The notes beneath the pieces are model-generated. The model did no database searches, was not told the DNA's origin, and saw only the letters and a program-made list of their open reading frames with translations. Made by a program: the position numbers and the translations under genes. A stretch of DNA of 64,000 bases. Origin: Chiloscyllium plagiosum (Eukaryota). Location of the stretch: contig NC_057754.1 in NCBI RefSeq assembly GCF_004010195.1, positions 1,588,823 to 1,652,822 of the forward strand. Direction: 5' to 3'. Each line of letters starts with the position of its first letter. The stretch's first letter is position 1. This document shows positions 1 through 12,477 of the stretch, one piece after another.

Positions 1-261
1 ATCCAAAAACTAATATGCCAAAAAGAGTAATGATAAAACTAATTTTATCTGGCAATAGCTTAACTCTATAAAATATGACATGCAATTAAAAGAAAGCTGA
101 AAGTTTATTAGAATTTCTGAGCGTTCCTTGGTGGACTCATTCTAAGAAATAGGAAGGTTTGAAATATTGTTAGGCAAAGATGAAAAAAAAGACCAAATGT
201 CATTTATGATTATAAAATGGACCATTTATATTATTAATTGGGAAGTAACATTTGTGCCTCA

Positions 262-1225
262 CCAATACCTAGCAATGCTCATCTCATGCAAAATAGAGTC
301 TTAACTACATTCCCTTGATATTCAAACATATTACCATTGCTGAATCTCTCACCATCCTGGAAGGTATCATTTACCAGAAATTTAATGGGGAGAAAGTGAG
401 GACTGCAGATGCTGGAGACAGAGTCAAGAGTGGGGTGCTGGAAAAGCAAAGCAGGTCAGGCAGTATCCGAGGAGCAGGCAAATCAACATTTCGGGCAAGA
501 GCTCTTCATTAGGAATGAGGCTTGTGAGGCCGAGAGGGTGGAGAGATAAATGAGAGGGGGGTGTGGGTAGCTGAGAGTGCAATAGGTAGATGGAGGTGGG
601 GATAATGGTGATAGGTCAGAGAGGAGGGTGGAGCGGATAGGTGGGAAGGATGATGGACAGGTAGGACAGGTCATGAGGGCGGTGCCGAGTTGGAAGGTTG
701 GAACTGGGATAAGGTGGGGGGGGTGGGGATATGAGGAAACTGGTGAAATCCACATTGATGCCATGTGGTTGGAGGGTCCCAATGCAGAAAATGAGACGTT
801 CTTCCTCCAGGTGTCCGGTGGTGAGGGAGTGCCAATAGAAGAGGCCCAGGACTTGCATGTCCTTGATGGAGTGGGAAGGGGAGTTGAAGTGTTCGGCCAT
901 GGGGCGGTGGAGTTGGTTGGTGCAGGTGCCCCAGAGACATTCTCTGAAGCCCTCTGCAAGTAGACATCCTGTCTCCCCAATGTAGAGGAGACCGCATTGG
1001 GAGCAACGTATACAGTAAATGACGTGGAAGTGCAGGTAATTTACTGGACCAACTCCACAAATACTATGATTACAAGAGCAGATTAGAGGCTGAGAATTTG
1101 GGTGTGATTCTCTAGAGCCTGACCAACATTTTCAAGGCATACTTTCCACTTGCCTAGATGAGCAGTTCCAGCAACATTGAAGAAGCTCAACAGCATCCAG
1201 GACAAAGCAGTCCTCTTGCTTGGCA
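262..1225 (+). mobile_element. Old Crack/CR1-group LINE 3' fragment, split by a Penelope insertion (LINE parts ~262-389 and ~1039-1225)
   Basis: Both parts align by eye with the LINE at ~8600-8900 (e.g. aagaagctcaacagcatccaggacaaagc vs aagaagcttaacactatccaggacaaagc). AATTTA occurs on both sides of the inserted PLE. Confidence 0.6.
390..1038 (-). mobile_element. Penelope-like element family A, 5'-truncated: GIY-YIG endonuclease C-terminus plus terminal repeat with decayed hammerhead
   Basis: Minus ORF 616-900 (AEHFNSPSHS..MQVLGL..LEEERLIFCIGTLQPHGINVDF) is the typical PLE GIY-YIG C-terminal motif. Minus 483-512 reads cctaatgaagagctcttgcccgaaatgttga. Confidence 0.85.
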
Positions 1226-1227
1226 CC

Positions 1228-1368
1228 AGTTTTGAGGAAGGATCACTTGATCCAAAACGTTAACCCTGATTTCTCTCCACAGACGCTGCCAGTTCTGTTA
1301 AGTTTTTGCAGCAATTTCTGGATTTTTGTTTCTGATTTACAGCATCTGCAGTTCTTTCTTTTTTTTAA
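1228..1368 (+). mobile_element. Penelope-like terminal fragment, family D
   Basis: ttgaggaaggatcacttgatccaaaacgttaac (decayed hammerhead) followed by ...cagcatctgcagttc. Homologous to copies at 5638, 10225 and 15497. Confidence 0.75.
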
Positions 1369-1441
1369 TCAACTTAGTAAACCTCCTCTGAACTGTCTAC
1401 AACACATTTACATTCTATCTTAAGAAGACCAAACTGCACAC

Positions 1442-2335
1442 GTGATTTGGAGATGCCGGTGTTGGACTGGGGTGTACAAAGTTAAAAATCACACAACATC
1501 AGGTTATAGTCCAATAGGTTTAATTGGAAGCACTAGCTTTCGGAGCGCTGCTCCTTCATTAGGTGGTTGTGGAGGACACAATGTAAGAGTCAGAATTTAT
1601 AGCAAAAGTTTACAGTGTGTCTGTGTGTGTGTGTGTATAGTGCAATGGTGGTCACCTGTAGTATGACATGAACCCAAGGTCCCGGTTGAGGCCCTCCCTA
1701 TGGGTATGGAACTTAGCTATCAGCCTCTGCTTGGCCACTTTTCACTGCTGCCTGTCCCGAAGTCCGCCTTGGAGAATGGTCACCCGAAGGTCACACACAC
1801 ACCCCCAGACACTCACACACACACACACCCCAGACACTCACACATACTCACAAAGACCCACATGCACGCATATACGTTTGTGGGGTGAATTTGTACTTGC
1901 AGAGTTACTTTGTACCTAGCTCAAAAACTTCATGAATTCATGTAAGACTCTGTTATCTCCCTTTTTAGATTGGAATCAGTCTAAACATTATGGCACAGAC
2001 AGAGAACACAGGGGGCTAACACCTTCAACATATTGCCTGGCTAACACCAATTGTTACAGTCACCCTGAGAATGTAACTTTTTAAAAAAGGTTTTGTGATT
2101 TACATATGAAAGAAGTGAAACTATCATGGTATTTGAACAGATGAGAGACTCAACAAACAATCAAGGTATTTTTCAATGTATAATTTCAGTTACATCACAC
2201 GTAAACTTTTGCTATAAATTCTGTGTCTTACAATTGTGTCCTCCACAACCACCTAATGAAAGAATGGCGTCCGAAAGCTAGTGCTTCCAATTAAACCTAT
2301 TGGACTATAACCTGGTGTTTTGTGATTTTTAACTT
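1442..2335. mobile_element. Penelope-like element family B with inverted termini, inserted in a minus-strand CR1 fragment
   Basis: Minus ~1653-1790 translates LRVTILQGGLRDRQQ*KVAKQRLIAKFHTHREGLNRDLGFMSYYR* (GIY-YIG C-terminus). ~1478-1612 and ~2200-2335 are inverted copies. TSD caaactg(c/a)acac at 1430-1441 and 2336-2347. Confidence 0.85.
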
Positions 2336-2371
2336 CAAACTGAACACAGTATTCAAGATTTGGAACTGAAG

Positions 2372-2478
2372 TTCATCAGGAATGCCTGATGAAGGGCTTT
2401 TGCCCGAAATGTCGATTTTCCTGCTCCTCGGATGCTGCCTGACCTGCTGTGCTTTTCCAGCAACACTCTAATCTAGAG
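2372..2478 (+). mobile_element. Penelope family A terminal fragment with hammerhead motif
   Basis: ctgatgaagggcttttgcccgaaatgtcga, preceded by a short fold-back (ttcatcagg-aatg-cctgatgaa). Confidence 0.85.
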
Positions 2479-5339
2479 TCTTGTGAAATGTCCAGTGTGC
2501 AGGAAGAAAGCCAGTGATCTTCTCCACTCAGCCAGGATATGTGTCCCCATCTATTCTCTACAAGCTCACACTCCCTCCATCTCAAGGGTAACTATGGACA
2601 AGTAATAAAGGCTGGCCAGGCAGCTACTCGTACATTCCATGAGTGAATGATAAAAAGAATTAATATCTACACCCACCTCCCATCAAAGCTGATGCTGTAT
2701 CATTCTCACTGTTGCATGTAATATCTCTTCTCTCTCTCTGTCACCCTCCCCAACCCCTTGCACTATTAAGCGTGTATGCCCCCTGTGCTCTTTACTCACT
2801 TGATCAGTGCACCCACCACCATTCTCCCACCTGCACCAGCATCAGTATCAGCATCAACACCAACACTGTGCCAGCTTCTTTCACCTCACTCAGTAGTAGT
2901 GCCAAAAGAGCCCGGACAGGTGGTGGGCTGCCAAATATTCATCTCCTCACCATGCAAGTAGATGGTCTTGGTTCTGATGGGCAAAGACCAAAACCGAGCT
3001 TGTGAAGAGCCAAAACATCCATATCATGGCAATCAAATAAGAAGCATTGTTCATTGTTGTACTCCTTTTCCAGTATCCCCACTGTAAATTTATTGTTAAA
3101 TTGCCACAAAGTCTACTCCTTGATCACACAACCTCTTGTTTGTCTTGTGCAGGCAACAGCGGGATGTCCATAGTGGCTATGCTTAAGAGGGCTGCCCACA
3201 AGACATGCTGTCTTTCACCTCTGAAGAAGACAGCATGGGTGCCTCAGAGGAGGAACTGGCAAGGCTGCTGGCATCTCTGATGCTGACACCTTGGGTGGTT
3301 ATTTTATCTAAATTAGAGTTGGGTGCACCTTCGGATGACCAGATCAATGCCACATCTCTACAGCTGGTTGAAGAAGAAATACCCCAAATCTCTGGAACTC
3401 GAGCATGCCAGAGACCGAGCATCTACTTAGCCCCAGGCAGGGGTGGACTCTATAGTTTTGGTGATTAGGGACTTTATGCATATGTACAGGAACAGCAGGC
3501 AGGTTTATCTGCAGCACTGGATGAGCTAACATAAAAGCTGTAAGACTTCAACAATGCAGTTTTGACCCTGTTGCTTCCATGAGCAGGTTGATGGAGAGCC
3601 AGGTCCAACAGTCTTTGGATCTGCTGGATATGGACACTCCTGTATTACTTTTCACAGCTCCAATGTTGAAGGTATAGAGCCCACCCATCCTTAGCTATAC
3701 AATGATAATCCAAAGTGTTAAGTGAACAGCTTCAGCACAATGCACAGGCAGTGGATAAAAGGCAGCTAAATGCTACTTTAGCAGCTATGCTCTATCTTTC
3801 TAGGTTAATAAATGTAAGTAAAACATCAGAAGCACTCATGCGATTCATCTATTATCTTGCATGATATGGTTAAGAGGCAAGGAATTAGACTGCACAAAGT
3901 AGGCTATGGTCAGCAAAGCATATGAAACTGGCTGGTGTGTTTCAGCTTCACTGTGAGGGTGTCTGTGTAATGGTTGTTGCTTGTTGACAATCCTCACACT
4001 TCTCTGAAATGAATGTCCTTCCGTCACAGGACGAAGGGCTTATCACATCCACTCAGGGTTTAGTGGCAGCATTCTACATGGCCATAGTGTGCTTGTTATT
4101 TACATCACGCTGGAATGCAACAGCAGTTGTTCCTTGGACAGGAATTTCAGGCTCAGACTCTCTGTCTTGGTGAACCCCCATGCATAAACATCCCCTCCCT
4201 GGTAGCCAAACTCGTCAACCCCCTAGGCTTTGCACACTCCCTCGTCCCCACTCAACCCATCTATCTAAATCTTTATCTGCTCACTTTTCATCCCAGCCTG
4301 GTGGTGCACTGGTCCCACATGGAAGGCAGGATGCTGCTTACAGTCAATGACCCCACTCCTGCATGAGCCCTTTCCCTCCCATGCTGTATTATTTCCACCC
4401 CCTTGGTATTGTAACCCCCACTGCATCTCAACGTTCCAATTCCATTGTCCACAACGGAGTTCCCCAGCCTCTCTCATGCAGCAATGGTTCCTAATAATGC
4501 CCATTGAGTTTTAGATGGACTGACTGTGGTCAGCCCATTGAACGCTGGACAGCATTGAATGATGAACAGCTAGATCCCTGGCTGTATAGCTCCCCAACTA
4601 TGTTCTTGTGACTTTCTGGACTAGTTCCATTTGCTGACTGTAGCCTACTCTGAGGACTGCAGAGGTACAGATTCCCCCTGCATCCAACCCCTAACAGCCC
4701 TGACCAGACACCTGACTATGCCCACGCCTGGACAGATATTGGAGTTTACCCTTGATTACTGTGGTGGAGCCTCCTGACTGAAGTGTGTCTCCCAGAACTT
4801 GACTGAGGACTACTCTGCTTAGACCTTGAGACATGACAGGAGCAAGCTAGAGCCGGAGTGACAAGGTACCTACTCAGACTTGCATGTTGGGAATTTGTTG
4901 CATCTAATTTCTATCCTGTATGTGGGAGAATGGAAGCCTGTATATCAATGACATAGATAAGGTGGTGATGATGGTGATAAAACTTCTTAAAGTGTCTCTT
5001 GCTGGCCATGAATTAGAATCTCCTGTCGATGTTGAGATTTGAGAGGAAAATGCTCTTGTTGAACTCCATATCAAAAAAGGCTTCACTGGATATCACATGC
5101 AATTCTCCCAAGTTTCTCATTGTAGCCCATATTGTTTAAGGCCTGGGAAGGTTCCACCCATAGCAATGCTTTACTGAGTAAACCTGAGCCAGAAGTCTAT
5201 GGTCAGAATATATTGAACATATCTGGACATTTAGTTTATTTGTTTGTGTGTACTGTGTCTGAAGGTGATACTTGCCTCATTGTCCTGCTTTATTCTGAGC
5301 TGTTTTCTTGCCAGTATTTGACAATGGGTAGTTTGCCAC

Positions 5340-5470
5340 TGCCTTCCACTCTCAGGGAAGGGGTGAATTGAGAGGTCCTATGATTTCCTCAGCTGTAATG
5401 GTAATGAATTACATATTGTTTCTGATATTTTGGAATCACATACTCTCCAGTCAACCAACTGAGCTAATAG
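5340..5470 (-). mobile_element. Decayed tRNA-derived SINE fragment (family of 36018 and 42070)
   Basis: Partial similarity (ctcagggaaggggtgaattgaga ... caaccaactgagctaa) to the minus copy at 36018-36250. Confidence 0.5.
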
Positions 5471-5637
5471 GCCTCCTTCATTTTTTTGATAAATTATACA
5501 TTGACTTACTTATTGAATAACTTGCAATCTCTTGAGTCACTTGAGGGTTTAAAGCAAAATTCTTCCTGAGATTTTAACATAGGTGATAAGACTGCAATTA
5601 TTCTTCTGAGAAGGAGGGCTGAAGTCCTTGAGGTGAT

Positions 5638-5772
5638 AAAAATCAAAAGAACTGCTGATGCTGTAAGTTGTAAATAAAATTACAAATTGCCAGAAAAGCT
5701 CAATAGTTCTGGCAGCATCTGTGGAAAGAAATCAAACTTAACGTTTCAGATCGAGTGACCCTTCCTCAGAAC
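5638..5772 (-). mobile_element. Penelope family D terminal fragment
   Basis: Reverse complement of the 1228 and 15497 copies. Confidence 0.8.
5740..5769 (-). ncRNA. Minimal type I hammerhead ribozyme motif (family D), core intact
   Basis: Minus strand: CUGAGGA-A-GGGUC-ACUC-GAUCU-GAAA-C-GUU. Conserved core, helix II and NUH triplet are present. Confidence 0.65.
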
Positions 5773-7431
5773 CTGCACCTTATAAATTGTTCCAGCAATT
5801 TCAAATTCTGTTCCTTGAAGTGATGTGCTTTTGATTGTCTATTCTTTATAGCTGTTTCCAAGACCTCGTGGCCCTATTTAAAATGTTTGGAGATGTGATT
5901 GTGTTCATGGCACAGGAAATGGGGCAAATTCCACAAAAATTAGATTGGACTTTGAACCTTTGGAGGTCATGGGCAATCCTGCTGCATGGTAGGAGGGTGT
6001 GTTTGTGCCACTACAATAGCTTGTCAGTCATTGTTCAGACAGAGGTTGCACAGGTCAAAGGCAAACCTTCACAGACCCATATTTACATAGATCATGCTGG
6101 AGGTAAGTAAATAACCTCTTGCTGTGGAAAATTAAGAGGGACATGCTTTATCTTGGTTTCAGTGCTGTTGTCACAGTCTGCCCTAGGCTGAGTTCAAATA
6201 TAATCTCATCCAAATTTGATCACTGTTGAGCAACCGGCTTGTGAAACATTTATTCCTATCAAATTTATCAAAAACAATGGCCTGGATTTCTGCTTTAAAG
6301 CACAATTGAATATAGACTGTGTTTTTGTCATTTCCTGTATATGTTTGAACCCATTTCAACTGCATTGGATCGGACCTGAATTGATTTTCTTGGCTGATGT
6401 CATGAGTGAGATAAGTTAGAAATACCTGTTTGTGTCCAATTTAGGGAGTGAAGTGAAAGGTTCTGAAACTTTCTTGTGAATATTAAAGTATTATAATTTT
6501 ACCGTTCTTGAATTTGTGTGTGATTATGGAGGGGATTACTGGAAGAGGAGTCAGTAAAATTTCATCAAAGCCATATGATTAACTTGCAAGTTTGTAATTG
6601 CTCTTTGGAATATTAAGTCAAATGGCAGTCTATGAAGTATCTAAATTCCCATATCAGAATTCACATGTACATTATATCATATTATTCTAACTAATAAGCA
6701 TTTATTCAGTAGGATGTTGTGAATTGGAATTTTCTTTTGGAAATGGTTAACTTGTTCAAAAACAAAGAAAGTAGGTTACATTGTTTCAGAATGAATTCTG
6801 CCCTGTGTTATATGTTGGTTTGATTCTTCTCTTGTGATTCAACCTTGGAATAAAGTACTCTGAGTGGTGTGTCTGCTATGTAATATCTACTTCTGGGGAA
6901 GCTCTCCCTTCCACTTCCACTGCATTATGAAGTAACTGCTGATTACTGTATCAGGGTACCTATTCTGCAGAATGAAAAAATCTTCATGAATTTAACTTGT
7001 CAAACCATTGTGCTAATAGAGATAAAGTTTGCTCTTCCTTTGTGTCATCAACTCCCTCTGGTTATGGGAGCTCAGGATTCAGTTTTTCTATAACTCGAAT
7101 CTGTGCAAATCTGCACCTAATTGTGCCCAGCAATGTGGCTGGCAATCTTAACTGGCCTTTGAAATGGCTCAGCCAGACATTCTGACCAAGGGACATTTAT
7201 TGGTAGCCAATAAATTGCAGGTCTTGCCAACGTCACTTGCATTTCTTTAAAAATAAAAAAAATGTACAAGACCTCGAATAAAGTCTTTCTTGTTCCGATT
7301 ATATCTATTTTAAGGCTGTGAGTAAAGCTAAAACTAATGATATTTTAAGCAAATAACCATGACCATACTCATTCATCAAGTTAGTCAGATCTCCTCTTCC
7401 CTTCATAATAATATAGGATATGGAGGCTAAT

Positions 7432-7635
7432 GTACACAGGGGTTTTGGATTTAAGATTGTCTGACTTACAAACACTTATATTCATGAACACAATCCTATA
7501 CAGGGGTGTTATTTTAAAGATCTGACATATGAACATTTCCTGTATTTATGAATGGCAACTTTATAATGTCCTGCATTGTGTTCTGACTTACGAACAAACT
7601 CCAGAATGGAACTCGTTCACAAACTGCTTATACAC
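7432..7635. mobile_element. Possible old Tigger/Tc1-mariner-type MITE
   Basis: Repeated subterminal-type motifs (tctgacttacaaac, tctgacatatgaac, tctgacttacgaac) and ggaactcgttc. Termini are not clean. Confidence 0.4.
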
Positions 7636-7829
7636 CGTAATAATTTCTAGATATTTTACTGATATCTGAATTTATTGGAGTGAGGACAGTTTTGAATTTG
7701 ATAACAATTGTGGAGGTTAACTAGCATTTGCGACAGTCTTCAGGCAGAAGTGCCAAGTGGATGATTCATTTGGCTTCCTCTGGAGATTCCCAGAATCACA
7801 AATGCTAGTCTTCAACCAATTTGATTCAC

Positions 7830-9300
7830 TCCACATGATATCAAAACATGGCTGAAGGCAATGGATACTGAAAAGGCTTTTGGCCCTGACAATATTCCAG
7901 CAATTGGACTGAAAACCTATGCTGCAGACTTGCTGCATCCCCAGCCAAGTTGTTCCAGTACAGCTATGACAGTGGCTATGAACCTTACCAGTTTTGTCTT
8001 GTAGAAGTAGGACAATTCACCCAGCTCAATTATTGCCCTTTTAATAAACTTGATTATCAGTAAAGTGATGGAATGGCTCATCAACAATGCTATCAAATAG
8101 CACATGCTGAGCAATAACCTGTTCACTGACTCTCAGTTTTCAGGGCCACTTAGCCCCTGAACTCATTACAGTCTTGGTACAATCATGAAAAAAAAAAGAA
8201 CTGAATTCCAGCGATGAGGTGAGAGTACTGCCCTTGATATGAAGACCTCATTTGACCAGGTGTGGCATTAAGTAGCCCTTGCAAAACTGAATCACTGTGA
8301 GTCAAGGGGGAGACTCTGCTGTTTTAACTAGTATCTAGCATGAAATACGATGGTTGTGTTTGTTGGAGATCAGAACATCTCTGTAGGAGTTCCTTAGGGT
8401 AATGCCCTAAGCCAGTCAACTTCGGCTGCTTCTTCAATGATCTTCTCTCCATCGTAAGGTCAGAAGTGGGGGTGTTCACTGATGATTGCACAATATTCAG
8501 CACCATTCGTAACTTCTCAAATATTATCCAAATGCTGCAAGATCTGGATATTATCCAGTTCAATGCTGATAAGTGGCAAGTAACATTCACACCACACAAA
8601 TGCCAGACAATGACCATCTAAAACAAAATAGAATGTGACCATTATCCCTTGGCATTAAATAATTATGCCATCAATGAATCTCCCACTAACCTGGGGATTG
8701 CCACTGACCAGAAACTGAACTAGACTAGCTATATCAATGCTGTGGCGGGGAAGCTCACCTCCTGATTCCTCAAAGCTTTTCCACCATGGAAAGGTATGAA
8801 TTAGGCATATGATTGAATACCTCCCTCTTACCTGTATGAATGCAGCTCCAACAATACTCAAGAAGCTTAACACTATCCAGGACAAAGCTTGATTGGTACC
8901 ACATCCACCATCCTCAACATTCATTTGCTCCACTACTGAATCTCATTAACAACAATGTGTAGCATGTATAGGGTTCACTGGACTAATTCACCAATGCTCC
9001 TTAGACAGGAACTTTCAAATCCCCTGCTACTCTGATGAAGAAGGACAAGGGTAGATACATGGGAACACCATTGCCTGCAAGTTCCCCTCCAAGCCTCTGA
9101 TCATAATGACTTGAAAAATATATTGCTGTTCCTTCAGTGTCACTGTAGCTGGATCTTCCTCCCCAGTGGCAGTCTAAGTATCCCTATATAACATGGATTG
9201 CAACAGTTCAAGAAGGCAACACATCACTACCTTCTCCAGGGCAATTAGGGATGGGCTAGTTCAGTCAGTGAAGTCCACATGTCCTGAATGAATAAAAAAA
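7830..9300 (+). mobile_element. Decayed Crack/CR1-group LINE: RT region and 3' UTR
   Basis: KAFGPDNIP..LKT motif (~7872-7915), FTDDCT (RT YADD-like box, ~8475), tail ending gaatgaataaaaaaa. Many stops and frameshifts. Confidence 0.75.
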
Positions 9301-10224
9301 TGCATCTATTTTTGGAGACAGCTTTAAGATTGCACTGCTCTGGAGTGGGTCTCATTAGATGTGTGCTGGGGCAGGTTGGCACTGCCTTGTAGGCATTCAG
9401 TATTTCAGCCTCTGAAATTTGAAACAGGCCATACTCTGGGCATAAAGCCAGGTTCCATTATCTGCATTTTCTGATGAAACTCTGTAAGACATTAACCTGT
9501 TCATTTCTTTCTGGTCCTGACTGAGCTGCAGCACATATTTAGCGTTTTCTTTTTTTTCTTTGTACAAAGCATTGAATTTGAAATTTGCCCTATGAAGTCA
9601 GGATCTCGTACCTTCCTAAATTATTCCTTTTAGGAGAAATGTGTGTTCCAGCACATTTTGAGACTCAAAGGATGGCTCCACATAGGGGTGTATTTTACAC
9701 AAGTACTATAATCTTAAAAGAGGAGTGTACCTAATGCATTTTTATTACAAGCTTTCAGCTGAATATGGCCTTTACGGTAGGTAATTTATGTAGCATTTTA
9801 CTGTGATTCTCCCTCCCTACCTTAAATCCATCTGACAAGGTCAAGATTTATTTTGAGAGCCATGACCTTACAGCTGTTGGATATTTTTGTTCCCACACAC
9901 CAGTTTTGTTTCTTTCTTTTAAAAAAAAATACATGTTTTTGTAAAATACCAGTTCATTTTTACTTCAACTTTCTGGTATTCCCATTTTTACCTGGAAATA
10001 AATGTTGTGTTTGAACTCTGTACTTCCACTTATTTTAACGAAAACGGCATACAATGAAATTTAGCAATGCTATTATAACTTCTTTTCTACCTTCCTTAAA
10101 ATAATTCCATAAAGTTGTCTTTTAGAGTTGAGGGTTATGTTTATTTGGCAAGAAAGGGTTGCGTGAGATTTTTGGAGAGATTCTTGCCACAAGGCACAGC
10201 AATATTTTCCTTCACAATTAGATG

Positions 10225-10356
10225 AAACCAAGAATTGTGGATGCTGGAAATCTGAAACAAAACCAGAAATTGCTGGAGAAATTCAGCAGGTCTGGCAGCA
10301 TCTGTGGAGAGAAAGCAGAGTCAATGTTTAGAGTCCAGTGACCCTTCATCAGAACA
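10225..10356 (-). mobile_element. Penelope family D terminal fragment
   Basis: Minus gttctgatgaagggtcactggactctaaacattga (hammerhead with GAAA mutated) plus the family tail. Confidence 0.8.
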
Positions 10357-10521
10357 CTTCATATCTTACCAAACTCACCTCGTTAACAGCTATGTCATTC
10401 CTATATGTCCTTCCATCCGTCTACGTCCATCTTACTGTGCACCATTTCCAGAACAACTCACCATTCATCAGATATCCGCTAAAAGATTCACATCCATCTT
10501 AAATTAGATTAGGTTCTTAAA

Positions 10522-10823
10522 TTAGATTACTTACAGTATGGAAACAAGCCCTTCAGCCTAACAAGTCCACACCGATCCTCCAAAGAGCAACCCATCCAGA
10601 CCCATTCCCTTACACCTAATACTACGGGCAACTTAGCATGGCCAATTCACCTAACCTGCACATCTTTTGGACTGTGGGAGGAAACCGGAGTACCTGGAGG
10701 AAACCCACGCAAACACGGGGAGAATGTGCAAACTCCACACAGACAGTCGCCTAAGGTGGGAATTGAACCCAGGTCTCTGGCTTTGTGAGGCAGCAGTGCA
10801 AACCACTGTGCCACCGTGTCGCC
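10522..10823 (-). mobile_element. HE1-type V-SINE
   Basis: Minus strand has a tRNA-like head, V-domain (gtctgtgtggagtttgcacattctccccgtg...gggtttcctcc) and a CR1-like 3' tail. Confidence 0.9.
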
Positions 10824-10919
10824 CACTCCTGGTGCCTGCATCATACTTAAAATGCTGCTGTGCACCAGGACAAGCACTAAAGTTCTACAACTGCCCAGCT
10901 GGGTCAAGGACAAAGTCAG

Positions 10920-11110
10920 AAGATGGGAAGATGGCACCATGATTCTCTGACAGGGATCTGGGTGTCCTTGTCAAAGGGGTGTTGCAAAGAAGAGTTGTCC
11001 TACTCCCAGAAGGTTGGCAGAGGAGGTCACACCACCAGTCTCTGACAACCTGGTACAAGGTTGCTACCTGAGTCAGTGCCATTCTCCATGATCCAGAGGA
11101 ACAAATGCCA
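10920..11110 (+). pseudogene. Fossil Myb/SANT-like DNA-binding ORF of a Harbinger/PIF-type transposon
   Basis: Translates GKMAP*FSDRDLGVLVKGVLQRRVVLLP...WYKVAT*VSA, resembling the FSxxELxxLV...WxxVA Myb/SANT motif. Two in-frame stops. Confidence 0.6.
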
Positions 11111-11514
11111 CACTCTTGTCTCTGCTACCTCAGACTCACTTTACCTCTACCACTACACCCACCTCCCACCTCAGCTCATGATTTATCATTCTCACTATTG
11201 CATGCAACATCTTTCCTCACCTGCTTTTACACCACTCCCCTCCCATCCACACCACTAACCCTGCATGGGCTCTGCGCTTCCTCCTCACTCCCTCGGAACA
11301 CCTCATCATCTTTCTCCTACCTGCCCTAACGCTAACAGCTATGCCACCTAATTTATCCTCCTCTTTAAGTTAATAAGGTGTTTAGCAAGCTGAAACCCTC
11401 CTTAATTGCCAACCTGCTGCTGCCAATTGAGAAAGTTGCCATGCCACTTGGCAAAAGCATAAGGGTTGCAGCAAGATGCTTCTGACATTGAGATAGGCCT
11501 CACTGGACATCTCG

Positions 11515-11759
11515 ACGAAAGTGAAGACTGCAGATGCTGGAGATTAGAGTTGAGAGTGTGGTGCTGGAAAAGCACAGCAGGTCAGGCAGCATCCGAGGAG
11601 CAGGAGAATCGACATTTCGGGCAAAAGCCCCTCATCAGCAATGGCATGTCTTATGGCAGAACTGAATGAGATGTCCAGTGAGCAGGCGAATCGATGTTTC
11701 GGGCAAAAGCCTTTCCCGATGAAGGGCTTTTGCTTGAACCTAAATTCTCTTGCACACCC
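11515..11759. mobile_element. Rearranged Penelope family A insertion
   Basis: Minus terminal repeat at 11515-11640, further hammerhead pieces in both orientations at 11680-11740, TSD gacatctcg at 11506-11514 and 11760-11768. Confidence 0.8.
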
Positions 11760-12477
11760 GACATCTCGTTCAGTTCTGCCACAAGACGCTATCGTCCACA
11801 TTGCTTAGACCTATATGTGATTCCACCCATAATGTTGCAGCATTTTAAGATAGCAGTCAGAGAGAGAATTGTTTCACCCTGCTCTGCAATCTTGCTTTAG
11901 AACGCATAACCTGAAGTGTTTTAGAATTCTCAAATTGCGTACTCATGCTTGTGAATTATGATTTTGAACCAGTTAAGCTAAAAGAGTAAACATTTTAGTG
12001 ATGCTACGCCAGAAATTCTTTTTTAGCCAAGTGTCTCATATTTTTACTCAATGCTTGAATAAATACAAAGATCAACTAAATTGTAATTCTACATGTTGCA
12101 ATAAACCATTGATAGAAGTCATATTTAGAGCTTGGGAGGACAGTGGGGGGAAAATGTCAAACATATGGGCATAATATTGACAGAAAGATGGTGAAGTAGA
12201 AGAGTTTAAAACATTGGGGTGATGTTCAACATTTAGTAAGTTTGTGAATCCTGAGCAGACATTTATGATGTTGATGTAAGAACGCTTGGGATTTGCTTAG
12301 ATTCAGACTGATGAGGGAATCTTTGTTAGGAACAAGGCAAAAAGCTTCTTGAAGGCAGATTTGGTCATGAAAGAATTGTGGGAATTCAACTTGCAGTCTA
12401 AAGGGATGGTGAGACTATGAATGTTGATCATTGTCAAAAGACTAAAGTGCTACCATACGTCTGAAATAACGAATTTT

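Noticed and set aside
555..730. G-quadruplex-like G-runs
   Set aside because: Part of the low-complexity PLE 3' UTR; no locus-specific evidence.
2690..4900. Possible decayed Harbinger body (minus GVIDC at ~4340, acidic ORF at 3205)
   Set aside because: Only one short motif; the other HARBI1-type motifs were not found in order.
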